The notes beneath the pieces are model-generated. The model saw nothing but the letters and a program-made list of their open reading frames with translations. It had not been told where the DNA came from and ran no database searches. Shown piece by piece: positions 19,205 through 26,851 of a stretch of DNA of 46,464 bases. Positions within the stretch are counted from its first letter, which is position 1. Every line of letters starts with the position of its first letter. This stretch comes from an uncultured Dehalococcoidales bacterium (GTDB lineage Bacteria; Chloroflexota; Dehalococcoidia; GIF9; AB-539-J10). The DNA is taken from the NCBI GenBank assembly GCA_964345725.1, contig CAYFSE010000225.1:1-46464 (forward strand), in the 5' to 3' direction. The position numbers were made by a program, and so were the translations under genes.

Positions 19205-20424
19205 GATTTGAGACCCTAGCTATCCATGCCGGGGATAGGCCGGATGCCACCACCGGCGCTATTTCTGTGCCCCTCTATCAGACATCGACATTTGTGTTTG
19301 AGGACGTAGGCAAGACGAGGGGCTGGGATTACTCCCGCACCTCAAACCCGACGAGGAAGGTTCTGGAAGACACTATCGCTCAGCTTGAAGGAGGGAAGGC
19401 TGGATTTGCCTTCGCCACCGGTATGGCGGCTGAGACAACGGTTATGCATCTTTTGAAGACAGGCGACCACGTAATCTCGGGCGATGATATCTACGGAGGA
19501 ACCTATAGATTATTCCAGGACGTAATGACTGACCTCGGGCTGGAGTTCACTTTCCTGAGAATGGACAATAGAAAAGACATCGAGGAGGCAGTAAGGCCCG
19601 GTACCAGAATGTTGTGGCTAGAAACCCCTTCAAATCCTTTGCTGAACATCATTGACCTTGAGATGGTGGTTGACATTGCTAGGAAACACAAGCTGCTGAC
19701 AGTAATAGACAATACCTTTGGTACGCCGTATTTCTTAAGGCCGATTGAATACGGAGTTGACCTTGTTGTCCACTCTACCACCAAGTATCTCAACGGGCAC
19801 AGTGATGTTGTCGGTGGCGCTGTCGTAGCCACCACTGACGAACTAGCCCAGAGGCTGCAGTTTTTGCTCAATGCCATGGGGACCTGTGCTGCCCCCTTCG
19901 ACTGCTGGCTGGTGCTCCGGGGGATTGAAACCCTTCCAGTAAGAATGAACCGACACCAAGAGAATGCCCTCGCCGTGGCAAACTATCTTGAGACACATCC
20001 GAAGGTGAAGAGAGTGCTCTATCCCGGGCTCAAATCCCATAAAGGGCATGAAATCGCCAAGCGCCAGATGAAGGGATTCGGTGGGGTAGTGTCATTTGAG
20101 CTGAGAGGTGGTATCGAGGGTGCAAATACTTTTCTGAGAAAGCTCGAGGTCTTTTCCTTGGCGGAATCGCTGGGTGGAGTCACTTCCCTTGCCGAGCATC
20201 CAGCCACCATGAGTCACGCCTCGATGTCCAAGGGCTATAGAGAAAAGATCGGGATTACCGATGAACTGATCAGGTTGTCTATCGGCTTGGAGAATGTTGA
20301 CGATCTAACTGAGGACCTAGAGCAGGCCCTTAATTACCTGCAAAGGGACGTCAATGAAACTATATCAGGTAGTCGCAAAAGAGATTCTGAGAAGAAGAAA
20401 CGGGTGTCACATGCCTTCTTTTAA
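19201..20424 (+). CDS. Cys/Met-metabolism PLP enzyme (cystathionine gamma-lyase / gamma-synthase / beta-lyase family) with an aberrant 27-aa C-terminal tail
   Basis: SNPTR and [12 protein letters not shown] (PLP lysine) motifs. It aligns end to end with this family up to LEQAL. The tail is explained in the findings. Confidence 0.85.
   Translation: MRFETLAIHAGDRPDATTGAISVPLYQTSTFVFEDVGKTRGWDYSRTSNPTRKVLEDTIAQLEGGKAGFAFATGMAAETTVMHLLKTGDHVISGDDIYGGTYRLFQDVMTDLGLEFTFLRMDNRKDIEEAVRPGTRMLWLETPSNPLLNIIDLEMVVDIARKHKLLTVIDNTFGTPYFLRPIEYGVDLVVHSTTKYLNGHSDVVGGAVVATTDELAQRLQFLLNAMGTCAAPFDCWLVLRGIETLPVRMNRHQENALAVANYLETHPKVKRVLYPGLKSHKGHEIAKRQMKGFGGVVSFELRGGIEGANTFLRKLEVFSLAESLGGVTSLAEHPATMSHASMSKGYREKIGITDELIRLSIGLENVDDLTEDLEQALNYLQRDVNETISGSRKRDSEKKKRVSHAFF
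19960..20420 (+). repeat. Direct repeat, copy 1 (3' part of the PLP-enzyme gene plus the first codons of an FtsX-permease gene)
   Basis: Alignable by eye with 20636-21095. The two copies are nearly identical through GGTGGAGTCACTTCCCTTGCCGAGCATCCAGC...GATGAACTGATC and more diverged at the flanks. Confidence 0.8.
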
Positions 20425-20440
20425 CGTGAACCAACCATGA
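20354..20440 (+). pseudogene. Relic of the 5' end of an FtsX-type permease gene
   Basis: ATGAAACTATATCAGGTAGTC...AGAAGAAGAAAC encodes [15 protein letters not shown], which parallels MKLYQIVLKDITRRRKR at 21031. It then terminates after 28 codons. Confidence 0.7.
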
Positions 20441-20529
20441 ACTGGGAGTGAACAGCAGAAAAGCACACGATTGAGCCATTTCATCTCGTGTTCATCTCGG
20501 AGTATTATGATTGACTTGAGGAGTTTGTC

Positions 20530-20640
20530 ATGCGAATTTTGGTCGTTGATGATGACCGGCGACTCTGTGCTGTCATCAAGCGTGGGCTTCTGGAAGAAGC
20601 CTAGGCTGTGGACCTGGCTTACGACGGAGAGGAAGGAGAA
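20530..20640 (+). pseudogene. Fragment of an OmpR-type response-regulator receiver domain with an in-frame TAG
   Basis: A GAGGAG SD precedes ATG 20530. The product reads MRILVVDDDRRLCAVIKRGLLEEA*AVDLAYDGEEGE and is truncated where the repeat copy 2 begins. Confidence 0.7.
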
Positions 20641-21019
20641 TGCCACTGCAGTGGCAAATCATCTTGGGGGACATCTGAAGGTAAAGAGGGTACTCTATCC
20701 TGGGCTCGAGTCCCATAGGGGGCATGAAATCGCCAGGAGACAGATGAGAGGATTCCGTGGAGTGATCTCCTCCGAACTGGCAGGCGGTAGTGACGGTGTG
20801 AATACTTTTCGGAGAAAGGTCAAGGTCTTTTCATTGGCGGAATCTCTGGGTGGAGTCACTTCCCTTGCCGAGCATCCAGCTACTATGAGTCACGCCTCGA
20901 TGTCCAAGGGCTATAGAGAAAAGATCGGCATTACCGATGAACTGATCCGGTTATCAGTTGGCTTAGAAAATATTGACGATCTGACCGAGGACTTAGAGCA
21001 GGCGCTAGAGAGCCTGTAA
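20636..21019 (+). pseudogene. Orphan 3' fragment (about 125 codons) of a second copy of the Cys/Met PLP-enzyme gene
   Basis: [36 protein letters not shown]...LEQALESL* parallels residues about 254-380 of ORF 19201-20424. There is no N-terminal PLP domain. ORF-track entry 20471-21019 is a chimeric frame. Confidence 0.8.
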
Positions 21020-21030
21020 AGGAGGATTTG

Positions 21031-22221
21031 ATGAAACTGTACCAGATAGTTTTGAAGGATATCACAAGAAGAAGAAAACGGATGTTATACGCCTCGCTCG
21101 GCGTCGTCATCGGTGTAGCCACGATTGTTGCCGTGATGACAATCGCCGTTGCGGGGGAGACGAACATCTATGGTCAACTGGAAAAATATGGCGCTAACTT
21201 GGTAGTTATGCCTGCCCTAAGCGACATAGATGTGGGGTTGGGAGGCTTAAGTCTTGGCACTTTGGTAGTTGGAGAGAATTATATTTCCGAGGATAGCTTG
21301 CCGCAGGTTAGACAGATAGCGGACGGGCTGATAAGGGAGGCACTTGGTATTGAAGATGACGGTGATATCGCCACGATTGCGCCAAAGCTCTACCTAACCA
21401 CCGAAATAAAAGGAATATCTGTGATAGTAGTTGGAGTAGACCCTCAACAGGAACGCCAACTAAAGACATGGTGGAGAATCCAAGAAGGGGAGTACATCGA
21501 ACTTGCAGACCAGGCTCTAGTTGGCGTAACGGCAGCTGATCTACTGGAACTTAGCCTGGGCGATAAGATTGCGCTTAACGGAATAGAGGTGACCATCACC
21601 GGCATTCTCGAGGAGACTGGCTCAAACGAAGATTACCAGGTTTTCCTTCCTATAGAAACGGCGCAGGAGGCATTCGATAAAGAAAGGTTAGTTTCGTCGA
21701 TAGACGTTCGTGCCCTATGTAGTGCCTGCCCTACGTCAGATATTGCAGGTTCCATTAACGGCAATATCCCTGGAGTTCGGGCAGTTGCCGTAAGCCAGAT
21801 AGCCGAGACCGAGATGGGCATGATGGAAAAAGTAGGCAAATTTCTGTTGGCTCTAGCTGGGATCACGCTGGCCGTGGGCTGCTTTGGTGTGGTCAATACG
21901 ATGCTGACTTCGGTTCACGAGAGAATAAAGGACATCGGCATAATGAGAGCCGTGGGGGCATCGCGCGATCAGATAATTAGAATCTTTCTCTATGAAGCCA
22001 TCATCATTGGCATAGCAGGAGGCTTCCTTGGATACGTAGTAGGGACTTTGCTAGCATACGTAGTGGGGCCGCTGATTTTTGGGGGCGTAGCCGTTAATTA
22101 TGTTCCCCAGTATTTCCTGCCTGCCTTGGGGCTAGCTGTCTTTATTGCGGTCATAGCGACCGTTTACCCGGCGTTCCGTGCCTCTAGAATCAAGGTTGCC
22201 GACTCTTTTAGATCCTTGTGA
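21031..22221 (+). CDS. ABC transporter permease, FtsX/MacB-type (one TM helix, a large extracytoplasmic domain, three C-terminal TM helices)
   Basis: MKLYQIVLKDITRRRKRMLYASLGVVIG N-terminus and the C-terminal FtsX signature ERIKDIGIMRAVGAS. An AAGGAGG SD lies 5 nt upstream. Confidence 0.85.
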   Translation: MKLYQIVLKDITRRRKRMLYASLGVVIGVATIVAVMTIAVAGETNIYGQLEKYGANLVVMPALSDIDVGLGGLSLGTLVVGENYISEDSLPQVRQIADGLIREALGIEDDGDIATIAPKLYLTTEIKGISVIVVGVDPQQERQLKTWWRIQEGEYIELADQALVGVTAADLLELSLGDKIALNGIEVTITGILEETGSNEDYQVFLPIETAQEAFDKERLVSSIDVRALCSACPTSDIAGSINGNIPGVRAVAVSQIAETEMGMMEKVGKFLLALAGITLAVGCFGVVNTMLTSVHERIKDIGIMRAVGASRDQIIRIFLYEAIIIGIAGGFLGYVVGTLLAYVVGPLIFGGVAVNYVPQYFLPALGLAVFIAVIATVYPAFRASRIKVADSFRSL

Positions 22222-22230
22222 GGTAGCAAA

Positions 22231-22980
22231 ATGTTGGAAATAAAAAATGTATCGAAGACCTATGGACAGGGAACAGCTGAAGTAGCGGCCTTGAGCAATG
22301 TCTCGTTTTGTGTTGATGAAGCTGACTTCGTAGCCATTATGGGACCTTCCGGAAGTGGCAAATCCACCCTCTTAAACATCATCGGCGGCTTAGATTATGC
22401 TTCCAGTGGTGAGGTAATTCTAGATGGGATACGCATCGACAATCTAGATGAGAACGATTTTGTTGATATAAGAAGAAACAAGATTGCCTATGTCTTTCAA
22501 CAATATCATTTACTTCCATCTCTCACTGCTTTAGAGAATGTGATGTTGCCCCTGACTTTTTTTGGATTGGAAAAAGGAGAACAGAGAGCGTTGGAGATGT
22601 TGGAAAAGGTAGGGTTGAGTGAAAGGACTGAGCATAAACCCAGCCAGTTGAGCGGCGGGGAACAGCAGAGAGTAGCTATTGCGCGGGCTCTGGTCAATTC
22701 TCCCACATTGATTCTGGCAGATGAGCCAACAGGTAATATGGACCAAAAAACCGGAAGGGAAATCCTAGGTCTATTCCACCAACTAAATAAAGATGGACGC
22801 AGCATTATCATGGTTACTCATAACCCGGACATAGCCCAACATGCCAAAGAAATCATAATCTTGCAGGACGGGCGAGTAATAAACAACATCAACAAAAAAG
22901 GAGGCAACCGACAAGATGTGAAAGAAGATAGTAGCCGGTTTAGTATTGATTGCGGTGATGTTAAGCACAGCCTCGTGTAG
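22231..22980 (+). CDS. ABC transporter ATP-binding protein (MacB/LolD-like). The C-terminal ~20 aa are probably read-through.
   Basis: Walker [10 protein letters not shown], signature LSGGEQQR and Walker B LILADEPT. The family normally ends near ...LQDGRVI. Confidence 0.9.
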   Translation: MLEIKNVSKTYGQGTAEVAALSNVSFCVDEADFVAIMGPSGSGKSTLLNIIGGLDYASSGEVILDGIRIDNLDENDFVDIRRNKIAYVFQQYHLLPSLTALENVMLPLTFFGLEKGEQRALEMLEKVGLSERTEHKPSQLSGGEQQRVAIARALVNSPTLILADEPTGNMDQKTGREILGLFHQLNKDGRSIIMVTHNPDIAQHAKEIIILQDGRVINNINKKGGNRQDVKEDSSRFSIDCGDVKHSLV

Positions 22981-23401
22981 TAGCAACAACCTAGCAGGTA
23001 GCGAGCCCATAAAGGCGACGTGGATTGAGCCACAGGTAGCTGTGGATACTGTATCCATACCAGTAAGTGAGGTCGAGAACAACCGAAATGTTCACTTTGA
23101 AGTAGAGACACAAGATAGCAATATGAATTTCATGGCATATGTGTTGGATGGAGAAATTCATGTCAGGGTCAATGTTTGCCCACCATGCCGGTCAATAGGC
23201 TTTTCTCTCGAAGAACCCGTTTTAATCTGCGATAGGTGCGCGACTACTTTCGAGGCTAAAACAGGCGAAGGAATTGAGGGAGCGTGTATAGAATTCCCCA
23301 AAGCCTCAGTTCCTTATGAAGTGAGTGATGGCAACGTGGTAATGAAAGGCGCCGATCTCATAGCTGCGTATACAGATACTCTTGAGCCTGGGTTGCCTTA
23401 A
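22946..23401 (+). CDS. Four-Cys DUF2318-like ('FtrD-like') ectodomain protein, copy 1. The longest intact ORF is given here. The ancestral start appears to be ATG 22916, but codon 2 is TGA.
   Basis: NVCPPCRS...LICDRCATTF...GAC motifs. It is paralogous at the nucleotide level to 24508-25071. Upstream and in frame lies [20 protein letters not shown], a lipoprotein signal. Confidence 0.65.
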   Translation: MIAVMLSTASCSSNNLAGSEPIKATWIEPQVAVDTVSIPVSEVENNRNVHFEVETQDSNMNFMAYVLDGEIHVRVNVCPPCRSIGFSLEEPVLICDRCATTFEAKTGEGIEGACIEFPKASVPYEVSDGNVVMKGADLIAAYTDTLEPGLP

Positions 23402-23429
23402 CGGAGGAGAAGATTTGTCCTATGCTGGA

Positions 23430-23514
23430 GCCAAGCACACCAAAGAGATCATAGTCTTGCAGGATGGGCGAATCATAAACAAGGTCGACCAAAAAGTAGA
23501 TAGGCAATAATAGA
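23430..23514 (+). pseudogene. Relic of the 3' end of an ABC ATPase gene
   Basis: It encodes ...AKHTKEIIVLQDGRIINKVDQKVDRQ**, which parallels [23 protein letters not shown] at the end of ORF 22231-22980. Confidence 0.7.
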
Positions 23515-24414
23515 ATGTTAAAGAAGTTAATACGTAATCTGGGGTCAATTACAGTGAGGCGAAAGGTTTTTGCGTGGTGTATATTGTTACTGCTCGTTAT
23601 AATATCGTCTGTAGTCACATATTCTGGCGGAAGGTCAACACCGACACCAAACCCGACAGCTTTCCAGACTGCCAATTTGGCGATCAACCCGACCAAAGTT
23701 AATCCTGGAGTGGAAATAATCATCACCGCTCAGGTGACAAACACCGCTGACACTGAGGCTGCTTATGGCGCCGGACTAATACTAAATGATGTTACTGTGG
23801 AAACGACGGAAGTGACTATGGCTGCTGGGGAAAGCAGGCCTCTGAGTTTTGTAGGAGCAATAGCTACACCTGGCACCTATAAGGTTACCTGGGCTGAGCT
23901 GGTTGGAGAAGCTCTGGTTCCCAGGCTTACTGGAGAATTCATGGTAGTACAAGAGGAGCCCATAGATTTAGCCGGTTCCAAAATTATTGCCCCAAATTTT
24001 GCCGCCGTAGATGTCCTGACCGGCGAGACGCTCTCACTGACCAAGTTTAGTGATGCTACAGTGTTACTAAACTTCGTGAACCTTGGTTGTTCGTCGCGAC
24101 TTAACCAAGTGGTTGGCGCTCAGCTATTGGCGATCAAAGAGCTGAGAGGACAGCGCAACGATTTCATGCCGGTCTCGGTCTTTTGTGGCTGCTGCCAGCC
24201 GGATGTGCTGCGCCAGTTTGCAGTGCAAAATGACCTAACATGGCCTTGGATTCTTGATACGGATAATTCCATTGTACTTAAATATGAGCGCTATCTCAGG
24301 GAATATGGCTACCCAACTCTGGTCTTCATAGATAAGGAACAGAATATCAGAGAGGTTACTGGTTATATTGATACTTCTACACTAAGCGCAAAGATAGACG
24401 AAATATCACAATAG
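23515..24414 (+). CDS. Membrane-anchored CARDB/Ig-like domain + TlpA/AhpC-like thioredoxin-fold protein that lacks the canonical WCxxC
   Basis: One TM helix, then a CARDB-like segment (VNPGVEIIITAQVTNTADT...AAGESRPLSF...GTYKVTW), then APNFAAVDVLTGETLSLTKF...VLLNFVNLGCSSRL...YPTLVFID. Confidence 0.75.
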   Translation: MLKKLIRNLGSITVRRKVFAWCILLLLVIISSVVTYSGGRSTPTPNPTAFQTANLAINPTKVNPGVEIIITAQVTNTADTEAAYGAGLILNDVTVETTEVTMAAGESRPLSFVGAIATPGTYKVTWAELVGEALVPRLTGEFMVVQEEPIDLAGSKIIAPNFAAVDVLTGETLSLTKFSDATVLLNFVNLGCSSRLNQVVGAQLLAIKELRGQRNDFMPVSVFCGCCQPDVLRQFAVQNDLTWPWILDTDNSIVLKYERYLREYGYPTLVFIDKEQNIREVTGYIDTSTLSAKIDEISQ

Positions 24415-24507
24415 AAAGGCATAGAGATGGTAAAGCCTTGAAAATGGAGCAAGAGAAGAATGCATAGCTTTGAGGCTTTATTGCACCAGATAAGGAGGAC
24501 ATAATAA

Positions 24508-25071
24508 ATGGGGACCAAAAAAACAACGAAGAGACAAAGAAACCTCGAATTGAGCAAAAGGAAGGCGAAAAAGAACAGACTGGTGATAATATCTGCGGTA
24601 GTTGTGGCCATAATAGGGGTTAGTATTTACTTTGCGATGTCTGGCGGTAGCGACGGTGGTAGCCAAAATAACGAACCGATAAGGGCGACGTGGATTGACC
24701 CCCAGGTAGTCGCGGATACTGTATCTATACCAGTAAGTGAGGTCGAGAACAACCGGAATGTTCACTTTGAAGTAGAGACACAAGCTAGCAGTATGAATTT
24801 CATGGCCTATGTATTGGATGGAGAAACTCATGTCCGGGCAAATGTTTGTCCACCGTGCCGGTCTATAGGCTTTTCTCTTGATGAACACATTCTAGTGTGC
24901 GATACGTGCGCGACTACTTTCAATGGAGAAACAGGCCAAGGAATTGCGGGAGCCTGTGTGGATTATCCCAAAGCGTCAGTTCCATACCAGTTTAACGGCG
25001 GCACCATAGTAATGAACAGCGCTGACCTCATAGCCGCGTACGAAGATACCATTGTGCCCGGATGGTCCTAA
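24508..25071 (+). CDS. Four-Cys DUF2318-like ('FtrD-like') ectodomain protein, copy 2, with a Lys/Arg-rich N-terminus and a TM anchor
   Basis: MGTKKTTKRQRN...RLVIISAVVVAIIG anchor, then NVCPPCRSIGFSLDEHILVCDTCATTF...GACVDYPKA. Confidence 0.8.
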   Translation: MGTKKTTKRQRNLELSKRKAKKNRLVIISAVVVAIIGVSIYFAMSGGSDGGSQNNEPIRATWIDPQVVADTVSIPVSEVENNRNVHFEVETQASSMNFMAYVLDGETHVRANVCPPCRSIGFSLDEHILVCDTCATTFNGETGQGIAGACVDYPKASVPYQFNGGTIVMNSADLIAAYEDTIVPGWS

Positions 25072-25137
25072 ATAATAGAAGAGAGGAATTCATAGCGTCG
25101 AGGCTTTATCGCACCAGAAAAGGAGGACAGGCCAATT

Positions 25138-25860
25138 GTGACCAAGAAAACTACGAACAGGAAAAGAGAGCTGAGGAGAGCGGGGATGAAAAAGAAGAGA
25201 CTGGTGATAATATCAGCGGCAACTGTGGTGACAGCAGTCGTGCTTGCGATCCTATTTAACACAGTGCTAGCCAATCATCGGCCAGCTATAATCAGCCTGG
25301 CAGCCGAACAGAGGGAGGTCCTTCCTTCGGGAAGTTCTCAGATTGCGTGCAATGCTTCAGACCCTGATGGGGATGAGCTGACTTATGAGTGGTCGGCTAG
25401 CGGAGGCAGTATTACTGGCACAGGTGCGGTTGTAGATTGGGTTGCTCCTGGGGAAGTCGGCATCTATGACATCGTAGTTCTGGTTACCGATAGTCAGGGT
25501 GAGGAAGACATGGGGTCAATAGCTCTCAGCGTGGAAGCTAGTATTCCGCCGATTCTTGAAGACTTGATTGTTACTGCCGACCACAAATATCTGAAGGAAA
25601 CCGCTACTGGGTACAAGGTTGGCAAAACCGAAGAGTACTATATTGAGTGCATTGCTTCAAACACGAGCGGCGAACTGGTTTATGAATGGTCATGCGATGG
25701 AGGCGAGATTTCCGGAGAGGGTTCTATGATTACCTGGACCGCGCCGAATACAGAAGGTGACGTTACAGTCACGGTGAAAGTGTTTGATGAAGCAGGTAAC
25801 TGGGTCGACAGACCCACGGTGTTCGAAGTGGTGCCTTGTTCAGCATGTATTTTTGGATAG
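25138..25860 (+). CDS. Membrane-anchored protein with two Ig/PKD-like repeat domains and a C-terminal PCSACIFG motif
   Basis: It starts at GTG after an AAGGAGG SD. Its anchor is homologous to that of ORF 24508. Repeats of the form C.ASDPDGDEL.YEWSA.GG.I.G.G..V.W.AP follow. Confidence 0.8.
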   Translation: MTKKTTNRKRELRRAGMKKKRLVIISAATVVTAVVLAILFNTVLANHRPAIISLAAEQREVLPSGSSQIACNASDPDGDELTYEWSASGGSITGTGAVVDWVAPGEVGIYDIVVLVTDSQGEEDMGSIALSVEASIPPILEDLIVTADHKYLKETATGYKVGKTEEYYIECIASNTSGELVYEWSCDGGEISGEGSMITWTAPNTEGDVTVTVKVFDEAGNWVDRPTVFEVVPCSACIFG

Positions 25861-25884
25861 AACAACGTATAGGGAGGGAAACTA

Positions 25885-26826
25885 ATGAACAAAAAGAGAT
25901 TTCTGGCAATTACGGTAGCTGTTGTGGTATTAGTGCTGCCCTTGGCCTCGTCTTCTTGCACGACGTCGGCCAATCGTCCGCCAATTATCACGAACCTGGA
26001 AGCTGAGGCAGAGGGCACTACCCCATCGGGTAGTCTCCAGGTGATGTGTAGTGCTTCCGACCCTGATGGAGACCAGCTAGGCTATACCTGGTCGGCCAGC
26101 GCAGGCGACGTAGGTGGGAACGGCGATACGGTTACCTGGGTCGCTCCTCTGTCTGAAGGTTCCTACAGTATTGCAGTCACGGTGACCGATGGTCGTGGTG
26201 GCGAAGTGACGGATTATGTAACCGTGACCGTGACAGTCAATGAGCCACCAGCGATTAGCAGCCTGATAGCCGATGCAGACTGGACCACTCCTTCCGGTAC
26301 TATCCAGGTGACCTGTACTGCTTCAGACCCTGACGGCGATGAACTGAGTTACGAGTGGTCGGCGAACGGAGGTACTATTACTGGCACAGGTGCGGCTGTA
26401 AACTGGATTGCTCCCGGGGAAGTTGGCACATACCAAGTCGCAGTTGTGGTGACCGATGGTCATGGTGAGGAAGACACCAGGTTCGTATATCTCAGCGCGG
26501 CAACTGGCCCTCCCCCAACTATTGAAGACCTGATCGTTACTGCCGAGCACCAGTATTTGAAAGAGACTGCTACGGGGTACAAGGTCGGCAAAGGAAAAGA
26601 ATTCGACATTGAATGTATTGCTTCAAACACGAGCGGCGAACTGGTTTACGAATGGTCATGCACAGGTGGCGAGATTTCTGGAGAAGGCTCTCTGATTACC
26701 TGGACTGCCCCGGATACGGAAGGCGACGTTACAGTCACGGTAGTGGTGACTGATGTCGCTGATCGTACAGTGAGTGAGAGCATAATTCTCAACGTGGTGC
26801 CTTGTTCACAATGTGTTTTTGGATAA
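25885..26826 (+). CDS. Lipoprotein with three Ig/PKD-like repeat domains and a C-terminal PCSQCVFG motif
   Basis: Lipobox LPLASSSC. It has two A-type repeats and one B-type repeat. The B repeat is close to identical at the DNA level to 25555-25860. Confidence 0.8.
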   Translation: MNKKRFLAITVAVVVLVLPLASSSCTTSANRPPIITNLEAEAEGTTPSGSLQVMCSASDPDGDQLGYTWSASAGDVGGNGDTVTWVAPLSEGSYSIAVTVTDGRGGEVTDYVTVTVTVNEPPAISSLIADADWTTPSGTIQVTCTASDPDGDELSYEWSANGGTITGTGAAVNWIAPGEVGTYQVAVVVTDGHGEEDTRFVYLSAATGPPPTIEDLIVTAEHQYLKETATGYKVGKGKEFDIECIASNTSGELVYEWSCTGGEISGEGSLITWTAPDTEGDVTVTVVVTDVADRTVSESIILNVVPCSQCVFG

Positions 26827-26851
26827 GATCAGGAGATAACGGGAGGAAGAC

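Noticed and set aside
20471-21019. A 182-aa ORF that could be annotated as a hypothetical or partial PLP-dependent protein.
   Set aside because: Its N-terminal ~55 codons are a fortuitous frame across debris (it is out of frame with the response-regulator stump). Only the last ~125 codons are homologous to the PLP enzyme C-terminus, and there is no catalytic domain. I call it a pseudogene fragment.
22919-22921. The in-frame TGA at codon 2 of the first four-Cys gene, considered as selenocysteine or a reassigned codon.
   Set aside because: Other genes here clearly terminate with TGA (for example hisZ, and the stomatin/NfeD ATGA overlaps). The position lies in a signal peptide, where Sec makes no sense. 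The paralogous junction has TTA, so a point mutation or base-call error is the simpler explanation.
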